Origin: Candidatus Nomurabacteria bacterium
GTDB taxonomy: Bacteria > Patescibacteriota > Minisyncoccia > Phycocordibacterales > UBA9973
Direction of reading: 5' to 3'
DNA length: 64,000 nucleotides
NCBI GenBank assembly: GCA_016699365.1
Contig: CP064973.1
Span: forward strand, 429,684-493,683
Shown: in pieces, positions 21,025 through 29,610 of the stretch
Numbering within the stretch: position 1 is the stretch's first letter
Layout of the letters: the number at the start of each line of letters is the position of its first letter
Program-made: the position numbers and the translations under genes
The notes under the pieces: generated by a model
The model's database searches: none
Told to the model about the DNA's origin: nothing
What the model saw: only the letters and a program-made list of their open reading frames with translations

Positions 21025-22098
21025 ATGAAGTTAGCTTTTAAGATCATTTTATTGATGATTGTTTTTACTCCGTTTACATCTAGCGCCCAGAGGTGTGTTA
21101 TAGACATGGATAATTTACTTGCTCATATGGCGCAAGTAAAATTTAATAAAATTGGTAGTATTACTTACGCAGAAATACTCGTCAATGAAATTGACGCAAA
21201 TGGTGATAGAGGCAAGCCGACACTGGTTTACATTGATGCAAGTTACTTAGACTTGATAAAAATTTTACCTACACCAGTTTATGTAAATACTGTAGTAGTT
21301 AAATACAAAAAAGGTAGATTTGTACAGGCTGCTGCAAATGATAATAATTCTGCTAGGTTAGTATGTGGCTTTGGTGAAGAATTGGTATTCCCAGTATTTA
21401 ATGAACTTTCTACTGAAAAAGGTAGAAGTATTGGTTATTTTGATTTACAGTACAACATCTTCTACGAAGTACCTTTCAAGCGCCCCGGCAAGGATACAGT
21501 TATATGGCAGGGCGCCATGACGCTGATTGATACAAGTGATCGCACAGCTAAGGTTACCAGGAAAATGAAGCTCATAACCCTTAAAAGCAAAGAGGATAGG
21601 GAGTTGTTCGATACACTTCTGTATTCTGCTAGGGTTGAAGCACTGGCTTCAGTCTGGAGTAATGAAAAAAATAAGTTTGTTATTCCCGATGAGACTCCAT
21701 ATATAGATGATAAAAATATCCATAGACCGGAGATTTTTGGATTATCCAAGACTGATCGTATGACAAATCTTGTTGTGTGGAATGCGGATATTTATACTAC
21801 ACCTACCGTAAGTACTCAGCCAGATTCAGATTCTATTGAGTTTACGGTTGATGCTACAGTAGCTTCAATACAAGTTGAAGCTGTATTGCTTGGTGATAAC
21901 GTAGTTTTACTAAAGTGGGATAGTGTTGGTACGGACTGGAGTTTGTACACCATCACTCTGATTTATCCTAGTGGTAATACCAGGAAGTTTCCTGCAAGTG
22001 ATGCAAGTATAAAATTGAAAAACCTACCCAAAGGTGGAACTTTCAAAGTTTTTGTTGAAGGTCCCAATGGTACAGGGGAAACAACGTTCGAAAATTGA
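21025..22098 (+). CDS. Secreted protein, paralog A, with C-terminal FN3/Ig-like domain
   Basis: Signal peptide present. Shares blocks with 22261-23319: YFDLQYNIFY, SVWSNEKNKFV, VVWNADIYT. FN3-like tail: LKWDSVGTDWSLYTITLIYPSG...NLPKGGTFKVFV. GC ~35%. Confidence 0.55.
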   Translation: MKLAFKIILLMIVFTPFTSSAQRCVIDMDNLLAHMAQVKFNKIGSITYAEILVNEIDANGDRGKPTLVYIDASYLDLIKILPTPVYVNTVVVKYKKGRFVQAAANDNNSARLVCGFGEELVFPVFNELSTEKGRSIGYFDLQYNIFYEVPFKRPGKDTVIWQGAMTLIDTSDRTAKVTRKMKLITLKSKEDRELFDTLLYSARVEALASVWSNEKNKFVIPDETPYIDDKNIHRPEIFGLSKTDRMTNLVVWNADIYTTPTVSTQPDSDSIEFTVDATVASIQVEAVLLGDNVVLLKWDSVGTDWSLYTITLIYPSGNTRKFPASDASIKLKNLPKGGTFKVFVEGPNGTGETTFEN

Positions 22099-22103
22099 TT
22101 TCT

Positions 22104-22136
22104 AAACCCGCGCATTTTGCGCGGGTTTTATTTATT
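22104..22136 (+). terminator. Rho-independent terminator
   Basis: AACCCGCGCATTTTGCGCGGGTT followed by a T-tract. Confidence 0.55.
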
Positions 22137-22175
22137 TAGGCTTGTAAAATAAGGGTTTTTTCAGTCTCTAAAGCA

Positions 22176-22204
22176 TTGACATTTTATATAAAATCTGATA
22201 TAAT
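22176..22204 (+). promoter_or_regulatory. Perfect-consensus sigma70 promoter
   Basis: TTGACA, 17-nt spacer, TATAAT. Confidence 0.5.
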
Positions 22205-22260
22205 ACTCAGGTAACGCACAAAGCGTAAATGTTCATTGTTAAACTCAAAAAAAAGAAGAT

Positions 22261-23319
22261 ATGAAGAAATTATTAGTTTTAATTTTATTTATCGGTTCTG
22301 TGTCCATGGTCCATGCGCAAGGTGCGCGTGCAATCATGGACTTTAACACCACCTTCAGCTATGGAGCTGAGGTGAAGATGGATGTGATAGGAGACCTCGA
22401 TCTTAGTGAGGTGTCTGTTGGTGAGATCACTACTTCCGGTTCAGATGGTGCTATATCATCTGTGTTGGCGTATGTCGACCCAGCGCATCTGGCAAACTTG
22501 AAAAGCTTGCCGAAGCCTATTTTTATTGATTACGTTCTCGTGAAATTCGAGAACGGTCGCTTTGCTCCGGCAACAGCCGAAGATAAAAATGCGGTTAGGT
22601 TAATTTTTAAGTACGGCAAGAGTTTGCCGAAGCCCAGTTATACACCAGCTATTGTGAACTATGATGACCGCACTATTGGTTATCTGGATTTACAATATAC
22701 AATTTTTTATCCCATGACCTTTGAAAAAAAAGGCAAGGATATCGCTGTGTGGCAGACTGCTGAGACGCTTGTTGACACCTCAAACGGGTCAATCTCTATG
22801 AAGTTAGTAAACTTCATAAATGAAAGTGACTTTAGTAAGTTGAAAGCGTTGAGTGTAGAATCAAGGCTCGAAAGTGTAAGTAGTGTTTGGAGTAACGAAA
22901 AAAATAAGTTTGTTACTCCTTCTGAAAGTCCATGGAAATGGGCAAGTAGGAATGAAAAAAACACACTTGAAGTTGTGTGGAATGCGGATATTTATACCGT
23001 GGCCGCACAAGCTCCGACGACTGGAGCAACTTCAGGTTCTACAAACATGGGGCAGTCGGGTAACAACACTCCACAGTTCAGTATCTCCGCTACAAAAGGT
23101 AGTGGAAATATTACCACTGTAAAGTGGACTGAGACTGCTGGGGCAACAGGTTACAAACTGAGCCTGACGTATCCTAATGGAGGTTTGAAAGATTTCAATT
23201 CGAGCAAAGGCTCGATTGATCTCAAGAACCTTCCTCCTGGGGTTTATAAAGCCATCGTCACAGCCACTTCGGCTAGCGGTGCGACTCTGTCTACCGGGAG
23301 TGGTCAGATCACTAATTAA
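22261..23319 (+). CDS. Secreted protein, paralog B, with C-terminal FN3/Ig-like domain
   Basis: Signal peptide present. Same conserved blocks as paralog A: YLDLQYTIFY, SVWSNEKNKFV, VVWNADIYT. FN3-like tail: VKWTETAGATGYKLSLTYPNGG...NLPPGVYKAIV. GC ~47%, clearly higher than paralog A. Confidence 0.55.
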   Translation: MKKLLVLILFIGSVSMVHAQGARAIMDFNTTFSYGAEVKMDVIGDLDLSEVSVGEITTSGSDGAISSVLAYVDPAHLANLKSLPKPIFIDYVLVKFENGRFAPATAEDKNAVRLIFKYGKSLPKPSYTPAIVNYDDRTIGYLDLQYTIFYPMTFEKKGKDIAVWQTAETLVDTSNGSISMKLVNFINESDFSKLKALSVESRLESVSSVWSNEKNKFVTPSESPWKWASRNEKNTLEVVWNADIYTVAAQAPTTGATSGSTNMGQSGNNTPQFSISATKGSGNITTVKWTETAGATGYKLSLTYPNGGLKDFNSSKGSIDLKNLPPGVYKAIVTATSASGATLSTGSGQITN

Positions 23320-23334
23320 TTTTTTTCATTTTGT

Positions 23335-23365
23335 AAACCCGCCAATCCGGCGGGTTTTTTTTATT
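23335..23365 (+). terminator. Rho-independent terminator
   Basis: AAACCCGCCAATCCGGCGGGTTTTTTTT. Confidence 0.6.
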
Positions 23366-23410
23366 TTGATTTATTCAAAAGCCCGCTTTGCGGGCTAAGT
23401 CTTTTTCTTA

Positions 23411-23757
23411 TCGTTACTTTTTCAAAAAAGTAACGCAAAAACCTCTTTGCATTTCTACCCACAAATATTCACAAGACTCGGACTCACTAAAAGCATTAAC
23501 TCGCCCCACAGACTCAAAGCGGGGCTCAAACAGAATACTTTTTCCTAACGGAACATTCGTCCTCATCTGTTCATATACTTGTGGGTAGAAAGGGCAAAGC
23601 CTGGGTTCAAGAATTTAAAACATCCAAATCCTCACTATTAAAAAGACTAGCGAGTGTGACGACACGAGCTCGAGGAATTTTCTAGCAAGAAAATATCCGT
23701 GCTTTTTAATAGTGAGGATAAAAAATAGTTTTCCAGAAACCAAACAATAATTAACAC
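23411..23757. ncRNA. Unclassified structured element, copy 1 of 2 (candidate ncRNA family)
   Basis: Shares nucleotide blocks with 48654-48992. Paired stems differ between the copies by compensatory changes (CGTTACTTTTT/AAAGTAACG versus CACTACTTTTTT/AAAGTAGTG; CTACCCACAAG/CTTGTGGGTAG versus CAGTACCAAG/CTTGGTACTG). Conserved TAGCAA loop and 3' hairpin GGTTTTCCAGAAACC. Confidence 0.4.
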
Positions 23758-23772
23758 AGAAGGTGATAGGAG

Positions 23773-24537
23773 TTATAAAACAAAAAACAAAAATACGAGT
23801 GCTAGGAGTATGCGATATATTCCAAATCCAATAAAATTATGCTTCTCTATAAAACGGATAAATATTTTTACAGCAAACAGCGCTGATACAAATGCACTTA
23901 CAAAACCAATTCCGAGCAACGTCCATTCGCTTGAAGAAAAAGTAAAACCAGTTTTGATTAGGTCGAGACCTGATGCTGCGATAAGTGTAGGTATGCCTAG
24001 TAGGAAAGAGAACTCAACAACATTTTTCCTTGTGATTCCCATCGAGAGTCCGCCTATAATCATCGCTCCTGAACGCGATACTCCAGGGATAAAAGCTAGG
24101 GTTTGAAACACTCCGAGCAATATTGCGTTTTTAGTTGTGATTTCTTTTGGTTCAGATTGAGCTCTTCTTTTGAACCAGATCTCAAAAAGTATTATGAGTA
24201 TCCCACCAAACAGTAGTGAATATATGACTACGTAAGTGTTAGAGAGCAAGAATTCTTTTATAAATGGGTATAGTACTATTCCGATTATTGCAGTAGGGAT
24301 AAATGCTAGGGCGATGTTCTTCATCAAGTCCCAGTTTTGGATTAACCTTTTTGTAAATAAAAAAAGGATAGCTATTAGTGCTCCGACTTGGATTGTAATT
24401 GTGAAGCTTTCTACAAAAGGCGTTGACTCTATTCCTAGTGTGCGAGTGGCAAGTATCAAGTGCCCAGTAGAGGATACTGGTAGGAACTCTGTGACACCTT
24501 CTATTATTCCTAAGACGATTGATTGGAGTATTGTCAT
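23773..24537 (-). CDS. uppP: Undecaprenyl-diphosphate phosphatase
   Basis: BacA/UppP signature LQSIVLGIIEGVTEFLPVSSTGHLIL, ~8 TM helices. Confidence 0.8.
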   Translation of the reverse strand: MTILQSIVLGIIEGVTEFLPVSSTGHLILATRTLGIESTPFVESFTITIQVGALIAILFLFTKRLIQNWDLMKNIALAFIPTAIIGIVLYPFIKEFLLSNTYVVIYSLLFGGILIILFEIWFKRRAQSEPKEITTKNAILLGVFQTLAFIPGVSRSGAMIIGGLSMGITRKNVVEFSFLLGIPTLIAASGLDLIKTGFTFSSSEWTLLGIGFVSAFVSALFAVKIFIRFIEKHNFIGFGIYRILLALVFLFFVL

Positions 24538-25229
24538 TATTTTTTATTTACAAACAAGAAGCTAGATATTATCGCAGCTGTTTCAGCTCGGAGAGTTGAG
24601 TTTCCAATACTAACAATCTGTACACCTGTGTCTTTTGCGGTTTGTATTTCATTCTCAGCCCACCCACCTTCTGGTCCTACAAATATTGAAACTTCCTCTG
24701 GTATTTCTTCTAGGTCATCAAAAGGAATTCCAGTCATATCAAGCAAATACTTCTCTCCGGGAGAATTTTTTAGAGCTTCTATTAAATTGGTCTTTTCTTC
24801 TAGTGTGGGTAAATATGATCCGCCAGATTGTTCGAGTGCCTCCTTGATAATAGTTTTCAGACGCTCTTCTTTGAGGCCAGTTTTAACGGTCCTGTCAGAT
24901 TCTATTGGATTTATACTTGCTACTCCAACCTCAGTTACTTTTTGGGCTACAAGTTCAAAGTTTTCTTTTTTTAATATCGATAGATATAAATGCACTTTGT
25001 GTGAAGGTTTTTCTGAAATTACTCTCTCTACAACACTGCCCACAATAGAATCTTTTGATATTTCAGTTAGGGTGATGTGTATATTTTTACCCACCCCGTC
25101 AGTTAGAATTATTTTTTCTCCCATGCGGAGCTTTAGTACATTTTTGATTTGATGAATTAGGTCTGTATTTTCTATAAATACATTGTTTCCGATTTCTTTG
25201 TATTCAGTTAAAAAACGGTGAACCTTCAT
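24537..25229 (-). CDS. rsmE: 16S rRNA (uracil1498-N3)-methyltransferase, RsmE family
   Basis: PUA-like N-terminus and C-terminal GPEGGW...LRAETAA motif. Start set at MKVHRF. Confidence 0.65.
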   Translation of the reverse strand: MKVHRFLTEYKEIGNNVFIENTDLIHQIKNVLKLRMGEKIILTDGVGKNIHITLTEISKDSIVGSVVERVISEKPSHKVHLYLSILKKENFELVAQKVTEVGVASINPIESDRTVKTGLKEERLKTIIKEALEQSGGSYLPTLEEKTNLIEALKNSPGEKYLLDMTGIPFDDLEEIPEEVSIFVGPEGGWAENEIQTAKDTGVQIVSIGNSTLRAETAAIISSFLFVNKK

Positions 25230-25230
25230 A

Positions 25231-25785
25231 TTACACTCCGACAAATATAGTGTAAAAGAATTTTACAACTGGATCTACATCAGGTCCATATACGAGTGCT
25301 CCGCCTAAAGATCCTGCGACTGTTATAAAAAACAGTCCTACGATTGCAAGCAAGATTAAAATTCTTTTTTTCCAAAATATAGCCTTGATTTTTAGTAGTA
25401 AATTCCAGATGCTTTGACCTACACCACTACTTGTGTATTTTATGAAAGATTGAGTTTTTTCGATCAGCCAGATTAGATACACTATCGCAAGTGCTCCAAA
25501 TATATAACTTGCTCCAACTGCAAAAAATGCATGAGTCTCTAAAAGTTTTCCCTGAGGTCCGCTCTCCATCGCCTCACCGACAAGTGCACCTGTTTGTACA
25601 GCAAGAATAGAAGATAGAGATCCGAGGATTAAAAATGCGGATTTGATATAAGTGATTGTGTCAGTAGCCTCAAATCTTTTGATACGGATAATCTCAAAAA
25701 GTGCATAAATAGTAAAAAGCGCAATAGGGAAGTGAACAAAAATTGGGTGTATATTTATCATATATTTAAGTATAACATGACTCAA
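25231..25785 (-). CDS. Membrane protein (DUF2231-like)
   Basis: Four TM segments. N-terminal block HPIFVHFPIALF is typical of DUF2231 proteins. Confidence 0.4.
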   Translation of the reverse strand: MSHVILKYMINIHPIFVHFPIALFTIYALFEIIRIKRFEATDTITYIKSAFLILGSLSSILAVQTGALVGEAMESGPQGKLLETHAFFAVGASYIFGALAIVYLIWLIEKTQSFIKYTSSGVGQSIWNLLLKIKAIFWKKRILILLAIVGLFFITVAGSLGGALVYGPDVDPVVKFFYTIFVGV

Positions 25786-25973
25786 TATACGTTGTCACAA
25801 AAGTATATTTGGTTCGTCATAAAGTATAGACGCTAAGTCAAATAATCCTTTCGACAGGGGAATTATTATCACAAAACCGCCCTAATATCCTTGGGCGGTT
25901 TTGTATTGACTTTTAAAGCATTTTATGCTATTATTAGGGTTCACAAATAGTTCATCTCAAAATTTAAGATAGC

Positions 25974-26543
25974 ATGAAAAAATATTTAACCTTACTTGTT
26001 TCATTTATTTTCGGCCTGACAGCTTGTCAGAAAGACCCGATGCCGGGGGACCTTTTCAATAAAATTGACGGCACCTGGTTCGGGTACAAAGTGTACTTCG
26101 GCCAGGCTCCGGTGCTCGATGTGAGCGACCAGGGACTTGCCGATTTATTTATCACCTTTGATCTTGACGGCATCGTTACGATGCAGTTCATGTCATACGG
26201 TGGCACCGACCCGAATTCGGGTGGTGAAGCTTACTGGTCTGATCAAACCTTTACTGGAGATTACTGGCGCAATGAAGATGGTAGCTGGCATGTGCAGTTC
26301 AGCAATTATGATACCTTGCATGTCACAACCAACCGCAAATTTGCGTTGGACTGGACCAATGGTGACTACAGCTACACTGCTGGTGGTGCACCAAGTGATG
26401 AGACTCGCGAGAGTTTCACACTGACTTCGCTCAATGGTGAAAATCACGGTTCAAGCTGGACGTTGATTTGGTACTCCAAAATAGGATGGCTTAAAGCCCG
26501 TACTGTCGAGGATGCTGCACCAACCGATACATATTATCGGTAA
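25974..26543 (+). CDS. Hypothetical lipoprotein (compositionally atypical; GC ~48-50%)
   Basis: Signal peptide plus lipobox LTAC. Rich in Trp/Tyr/Gly. All six frames are open across it, reflecting elevated GC. Confidence 0.45.
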   Translation: MKKYLTLLVSFIFGLTACQKDPMPGDLFNKIDGTWFGYKVYFGQAPVLDVSDQGLADLFITFDLDGIVTMQFMSYGGTDPNSGGEAYWSDQTFTGDYWRNEDGSWHVQFSNYDTLHVTTNRKFALDWTNGDYSYTAGGAPSDETRESFTLTSLNGENHGSSWTLIWYSKIGWLKARTVEDAAPTDTYYR

Positions 26544-26563
26544 AGGTAAAAAAATATTTTCAC

Positions 26564-26600
26564 AAACCCGCTCAATCTCGAGCGGGTTTTATTGTTTTTA
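26564..26600 (+). terminator. Rho-independent terminator
   Basis: AACCCGCTCAATCTCGAGCGGGTT followed by TTATTGTTTTT. Confidence 0.55.
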
Positions 26601-26610
26601 AATTATAAAA

Positions 26611-26645
26611 TTAAATCCCCCATATATATGGGGGATTTTTATTAT
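26611..26645. terminator. Terminator hairpin with A and T runs on both flanks, so it can serve the minus-strand AAA gene as well
   Basis: AAATCCCCCATATATATGGGGGATTTTT. Confidence 0.55.
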
Positions 26646-28315
26646 TTATGACGTGAAAAAGTTATCAATCTTTTTCCTGAGTCTTCTATTATCTCAGCAA
26701 TCTCATCATTGTGGTTTAAATCGAGATTTTGCTTGTAGAGATTTTCCACTGCTTCTTCAACATCACTTGCTTGAATACCTGTCTTTGTGTTGTTGGCTAA
26801 GTCTCTTTTCATTGCATTCGATATGGACATATCAACAGCAGAGACAATCATTGCTCCATTGCATATATGATGAAGAAAAAGATGACCCTCTGATTCTGTG
26901 TATTTTATGTCACACAACTTTAAGTCTTCACTAAAGAATTTTTCTACAAAAACTTTCGACAAATCATCTTCTGCTGAATTTGATTTTGGAATCTTTTTGA
27001 TATTCTTTAGGAAAATCTCGCCTGCACTTTTCTGATCAGGTCTAGTGATTTTGACTTTACGATCTATTCTACCGTCTCTTACAATAGCAGGATCAAGCAT
27101 GTCAGGTCTATTGGTAGCTAATATTATAAAAGCTCCAGAATCTTCAAGCCCATCCATTTCTGTCAGAAACATTGGTACTATTGTTTTTTCAACATCAGAA
27201 CTTACACCGGAGCCTCTTTTTGAAAGTATTGCTTCAGCTTCATCTATGAAAAGGGTGGCAGGATAGTTATATTGTGCATTGTGCTTACGGGCTCTATCGA
27301 AGATTTCTCGAATAGTTTCTTCAGCATTGCCAACATATTTATTTAATATCTCTGGGCCTTTTATATATATGAAACCACTTTTAAATCCTTTTTTATCGTA
27401 ATTTTTTGCCAGAGAAGTAGCAACTGCTTTTCCAAGCATTGTCTTGCCACATCCTGGAGGTCCATATAACAGAACACCCTTTGGCATTTTACGATTGTAG
27501 AATTTAAACAAATCAGGATTTTTGAATGGAAGTTCTACGAGCTCTATCATAAGCTCCTTGGCTTTATGTAGTCCTCCGATTTCATCCCAAGATACATTCA
27601 ATTCTTCGTTCAGTGAAAAATCTTCCTCACTCTTTCCTAAATTCTTGAGAATTATAGAAGAGGAGGGATCAAGTACGATGTGATCTCCTGATTCTGCGTC
27701 TTTGTTTATTTTCCCTGAAAAGACGACTTTCTTGGTTCCGGATATTTCCACTTCACAATGGTTTTCATCCATTAACTTTCGGAAGACGCATACAGGTCCA
27801 AGTGTTACTGTGGCTGATCTGTTTACAATTTGTTTTGTTTTAGAAGACAAGGTACAGACATCACCGGGTTCCACATCAATTAAAGGCTTGTTTATTTCAA
27901 GAAATTGCCCATTGATTACAATAGTGATTGTTTCCTTTTCTTCTTTTACTTCCTCAGTCAATTCTAATTCGAAAGATTTGTTTATTCCTCCGATGTCGAA
28001 ATTGTTTTTGTAACCATTTTCAAATTCAGCTTGTACGCATCCATTTAAATCAATTTCTTTGGTTACTTTTCCTTTTGTGTTTAAGTTTTTTAAGTAATCA
28101 GGATGAGAGATAGATAATCTAACTTCTTTTCCTAATGAAAAGTCTGATGGTCTGGGAAGTCTCTCAACAAGAGTTTTATTTCCTGTTTTTACAACAACAC
28201 AGTACTCAAGAGGGGAGCTAGAGATCGTGTCTATCAAATCGGCTTGAACTGCAATTTTCTTGCGAGCATTTTGTAATGCTTCGCGTAAAATTTCTATCAC
28301 TTGTTTAGAATCCAT
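26642..28315 (-). CDS. ARC/Mpa-family AAA+ ATPase (proteasome-associated-ATPase-like: coiled coil + double OB fold + AAA)
   Basis: Walker A GVLLYGPPGCGKTMLGKAVATSLAK, Walker B ATLFIDEAEAI, RGSGVSSDVEKTIVPMFLTEMDG, NRPDMLDPAIVRDGRIDRKVKI. The pre-AAA block VSWDEIGGLHKAKELMIELVELPF and the N-terminal coiled coil/OB region match ARC/Mpa (Mpa, the mycobacterial proteasomal ATPase of the ARC family) architecture from memory. C-terminal ~100-aa extension. No GQYL-type tail. Confidence 0.65.
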   Translation of the reverse strand: MDSKQVIEILREALQNARKKIAVQADLIDTISSSPLEYCVVVKTGNKTLVERLPRPSDFSLGKEVRLSISHPDYLKNLNTKGKVTKEIDLNGCVQAEFENGYKNNFDIGGINKSFELELTEEVKEEKETITIVINGQFLEINKPLIDVEPGDVCTLSSKTKQIVNRSATVTLGPVCVFRKLMDENHCEVEISGTKKVVFSGKINKDAESGDHIVLDPSSSIILKNLGKSEEDFSLNEELNVSWDEIGGLHKAKELMIELVELPFKNPDLFKFYNRKMPKGVLLYGPPGCGKTMLGKAVATSLAKNYDKKGFKSGFIYIKGPEILNKYVGNAEETIREIFDRARKHNAQYNYPATLFIDEAEAILSKRGSGVSSDVEKTIVPMFLTEMDGLEDSGAFIILATNRPDMLDPAIVRDGRIDRKVKITRPDQKSAGEIFLKNIKKIPKSNSAEDDLSKVFVEKFFSEDLKLCDIKYTESEGHLFLHHICNGAMIVSAVDMSISNAMKRDLANNTKTGIQASDVEEAVENLYKQNLDLNHNDEIAEIIEDSGKRLITFSRHK

Positions 28316-28428
28316 ATTCTTGTTTTTAATGTTTATTAAATTATATTATAGATTTACAAAATGTCAATGGTTTATTTTCATTACTTGACTTTATGTATGA
28401 TTAGTGTTATTTTTTCAAAAAAAGTGAA

Positions 28429-28734
28429 ATGAAAAAAATCTTGATTAACCTTCCTGCAATTGCATTGATTATTCTTGCAGTTGTCTTTTCTGCTGTAATC
28501 ATCGCAGTATTAAATGATTCAAAATTTCTGATGATTTTGATCGATGTTTGTTTTGGTGTTTTGTTGTTCTTTTTCTTGAGTGGTAAAGAGAAAATTTTTA
28601 AGAAAAAAACCTTTTCACTCCTCCTGCTTTTTGCTGTTTTGATGATCCTAAACACCATAGCCGCAATCTGGAATCCTTTTTTTGCTATTGGTATATTTTT
28701 GATGGCTAAAAGCCTTAAAGAAAACATAAAATAA
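28429..28734 (+). CDS. Small membrane protein, hypothetical
   Basis: 101 aa, ~4 hydrophobic segments. Followed by terminator AAAACCCCTTCAAATGTAGGGGTTTTT (28741-28767). Confidence 0.35.
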   Translation: MKKILINLPAIALIILAVVFSAVIIAVLNDSKFLMILIDVCFGVLLFFFLSGKEKIFKKKTFSLLLLFAVLMILNTIAAIWNPFFAIGIFLMAKSLKENIK

Positions 28735-28771
28735 AGTCTAAAAACCCCTTCAAATGTAGGGGTTTTTACTA

Positions 28772-28800
28772 TTGACAAAACTAGTCTAATATGCTAGTAT
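28772..28800 (+). promoter_or_regulatory. Sigma70-like promoter
   Basis: TTGACA, 17-nt spacer, TAGTAT. Confidence 0.4.
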
Positions 28801-28901
28801 GCGCGCATAGGTGTAAAAACCAATTGTTCATTCAAAAATCAACAAACATTAAAGAATGAATAAACAGAAAAACTATTTCATCACAAAAAAACTTAAAAGA
28901 C

Positions 28902-28994
28902 ATGGGATTTAAAGATTTTATGAAAAACGCCATTTACAAAGGGGGAGAGGATGAAGATCCTTACTCTGATGTGAATATGAAAAAATGTTCCTGA
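28902..28994 (+). CDS. 30-aa ORF (MGFKDFMKNAIYKGGEDEDPYSDVNMKKCS), possibly the frameshifted N-terminus of the next gene
   Basis: Ends 8 nt before ATG 29002 in a different frame. An A6 homopolymer at 28979-28984 lies at the junction. The N-terminal amphipathic MGF..F style resembles PspA/Vipp1-like starts (weak). Confidence 0.25.
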   Translation: MGFKDFMKNAIYKGGEDEDPYSDVNMKKCS

Positions 28995-29001
28995 GAGCAA
29001 G

Positions 29002-29607
29002 ATGGTTGTACCGCTTGTTCAAAATGTAAACCAGGCAGGTGACAGTGTGTCCCTGGACCCGGAGTACATCGAACACTTCACAGAATTTCTCGAATCTGTT
29101 GACCTTCCTGGTCCGGATTACTTCGAGTTTGCGCAAGTTGTGCGAGCTATGGAAAGTGAGAACTCTGGGATGTCAAAAGAGCAAATTTACCGCATGGCCT
29201 ACATTGGGTTCAAAGCCCAAGGTCATCCTGCAAAGATGTTTATAGATACTGCTATGCAGTACCTGTCGTACTTTGAAGAACATAAGGGTAAATTTGAACA
29301 GTATTTGTCCAGCGAGACCGATACTGCTATTGGCACAAAGAGATCTGAGAATATCGCTCTCACAAAAAAGAACGGAGAAAATCTGCAGAAAATTGCTGAT
29401 CTGAAAGCTCAGATTAAGGCGATCGAAACAGAGAATTCTCAAAATTCTCAAAAGATTAAAATCAATGAAGAGGCCATAAGTAATGAGGAAGAACGTATAC
29501 GTAAAAAACGTACTCGTTTTGAAACTACATACGAATGGTTCAAAGAGTTGATCAATACCGACATTGCAAACATGAACAATTTTCTATCACAAAACCAAAA
29601 ACCATAA
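29002..29607 (+). CDS. Coiled-coil protein, hypothetical
   Basis: 201 aa. A globular N-terminal half followed by a heptad-rich C-terminal half (KIADLKAQIKAIETENSQNSQKIKINEEAIS). GC ~46%. Confidence 0.4.
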   Translation: MVVPLVQNVNQAGDSVSLDPEYIEHFTEFLESVDLPGPDYFEFAQVVRAMESENSGMSKEQIYRMAYIGFKAQGHPAKMFIDTAMQYLSYFEEHKGKFEQYLSSETDTAIGTKRSENIALTKKNGENLQKIADLKAQIKAIETENSQNSQKIKINEEAISNEEERIRKKRTRFETTYEWFKELINTDIANMNNFLSQNQKP

Positions 29608-29610
29608 AAA

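Noticed and set aside
23388-23588. Predicted 66-aa ORF, and the 97-aa and 69-aa ORFs at 48538-48899, which share a NRILFPxGTFxxICSY peptide
   Set aside because: They lie inside the two copies of the structured element. The shared peptide follows from nucleotide-level conservation. Differences between copies are not biased to third codon positions, and the stems show compensatory changes. A non-coding element is the better explanation.
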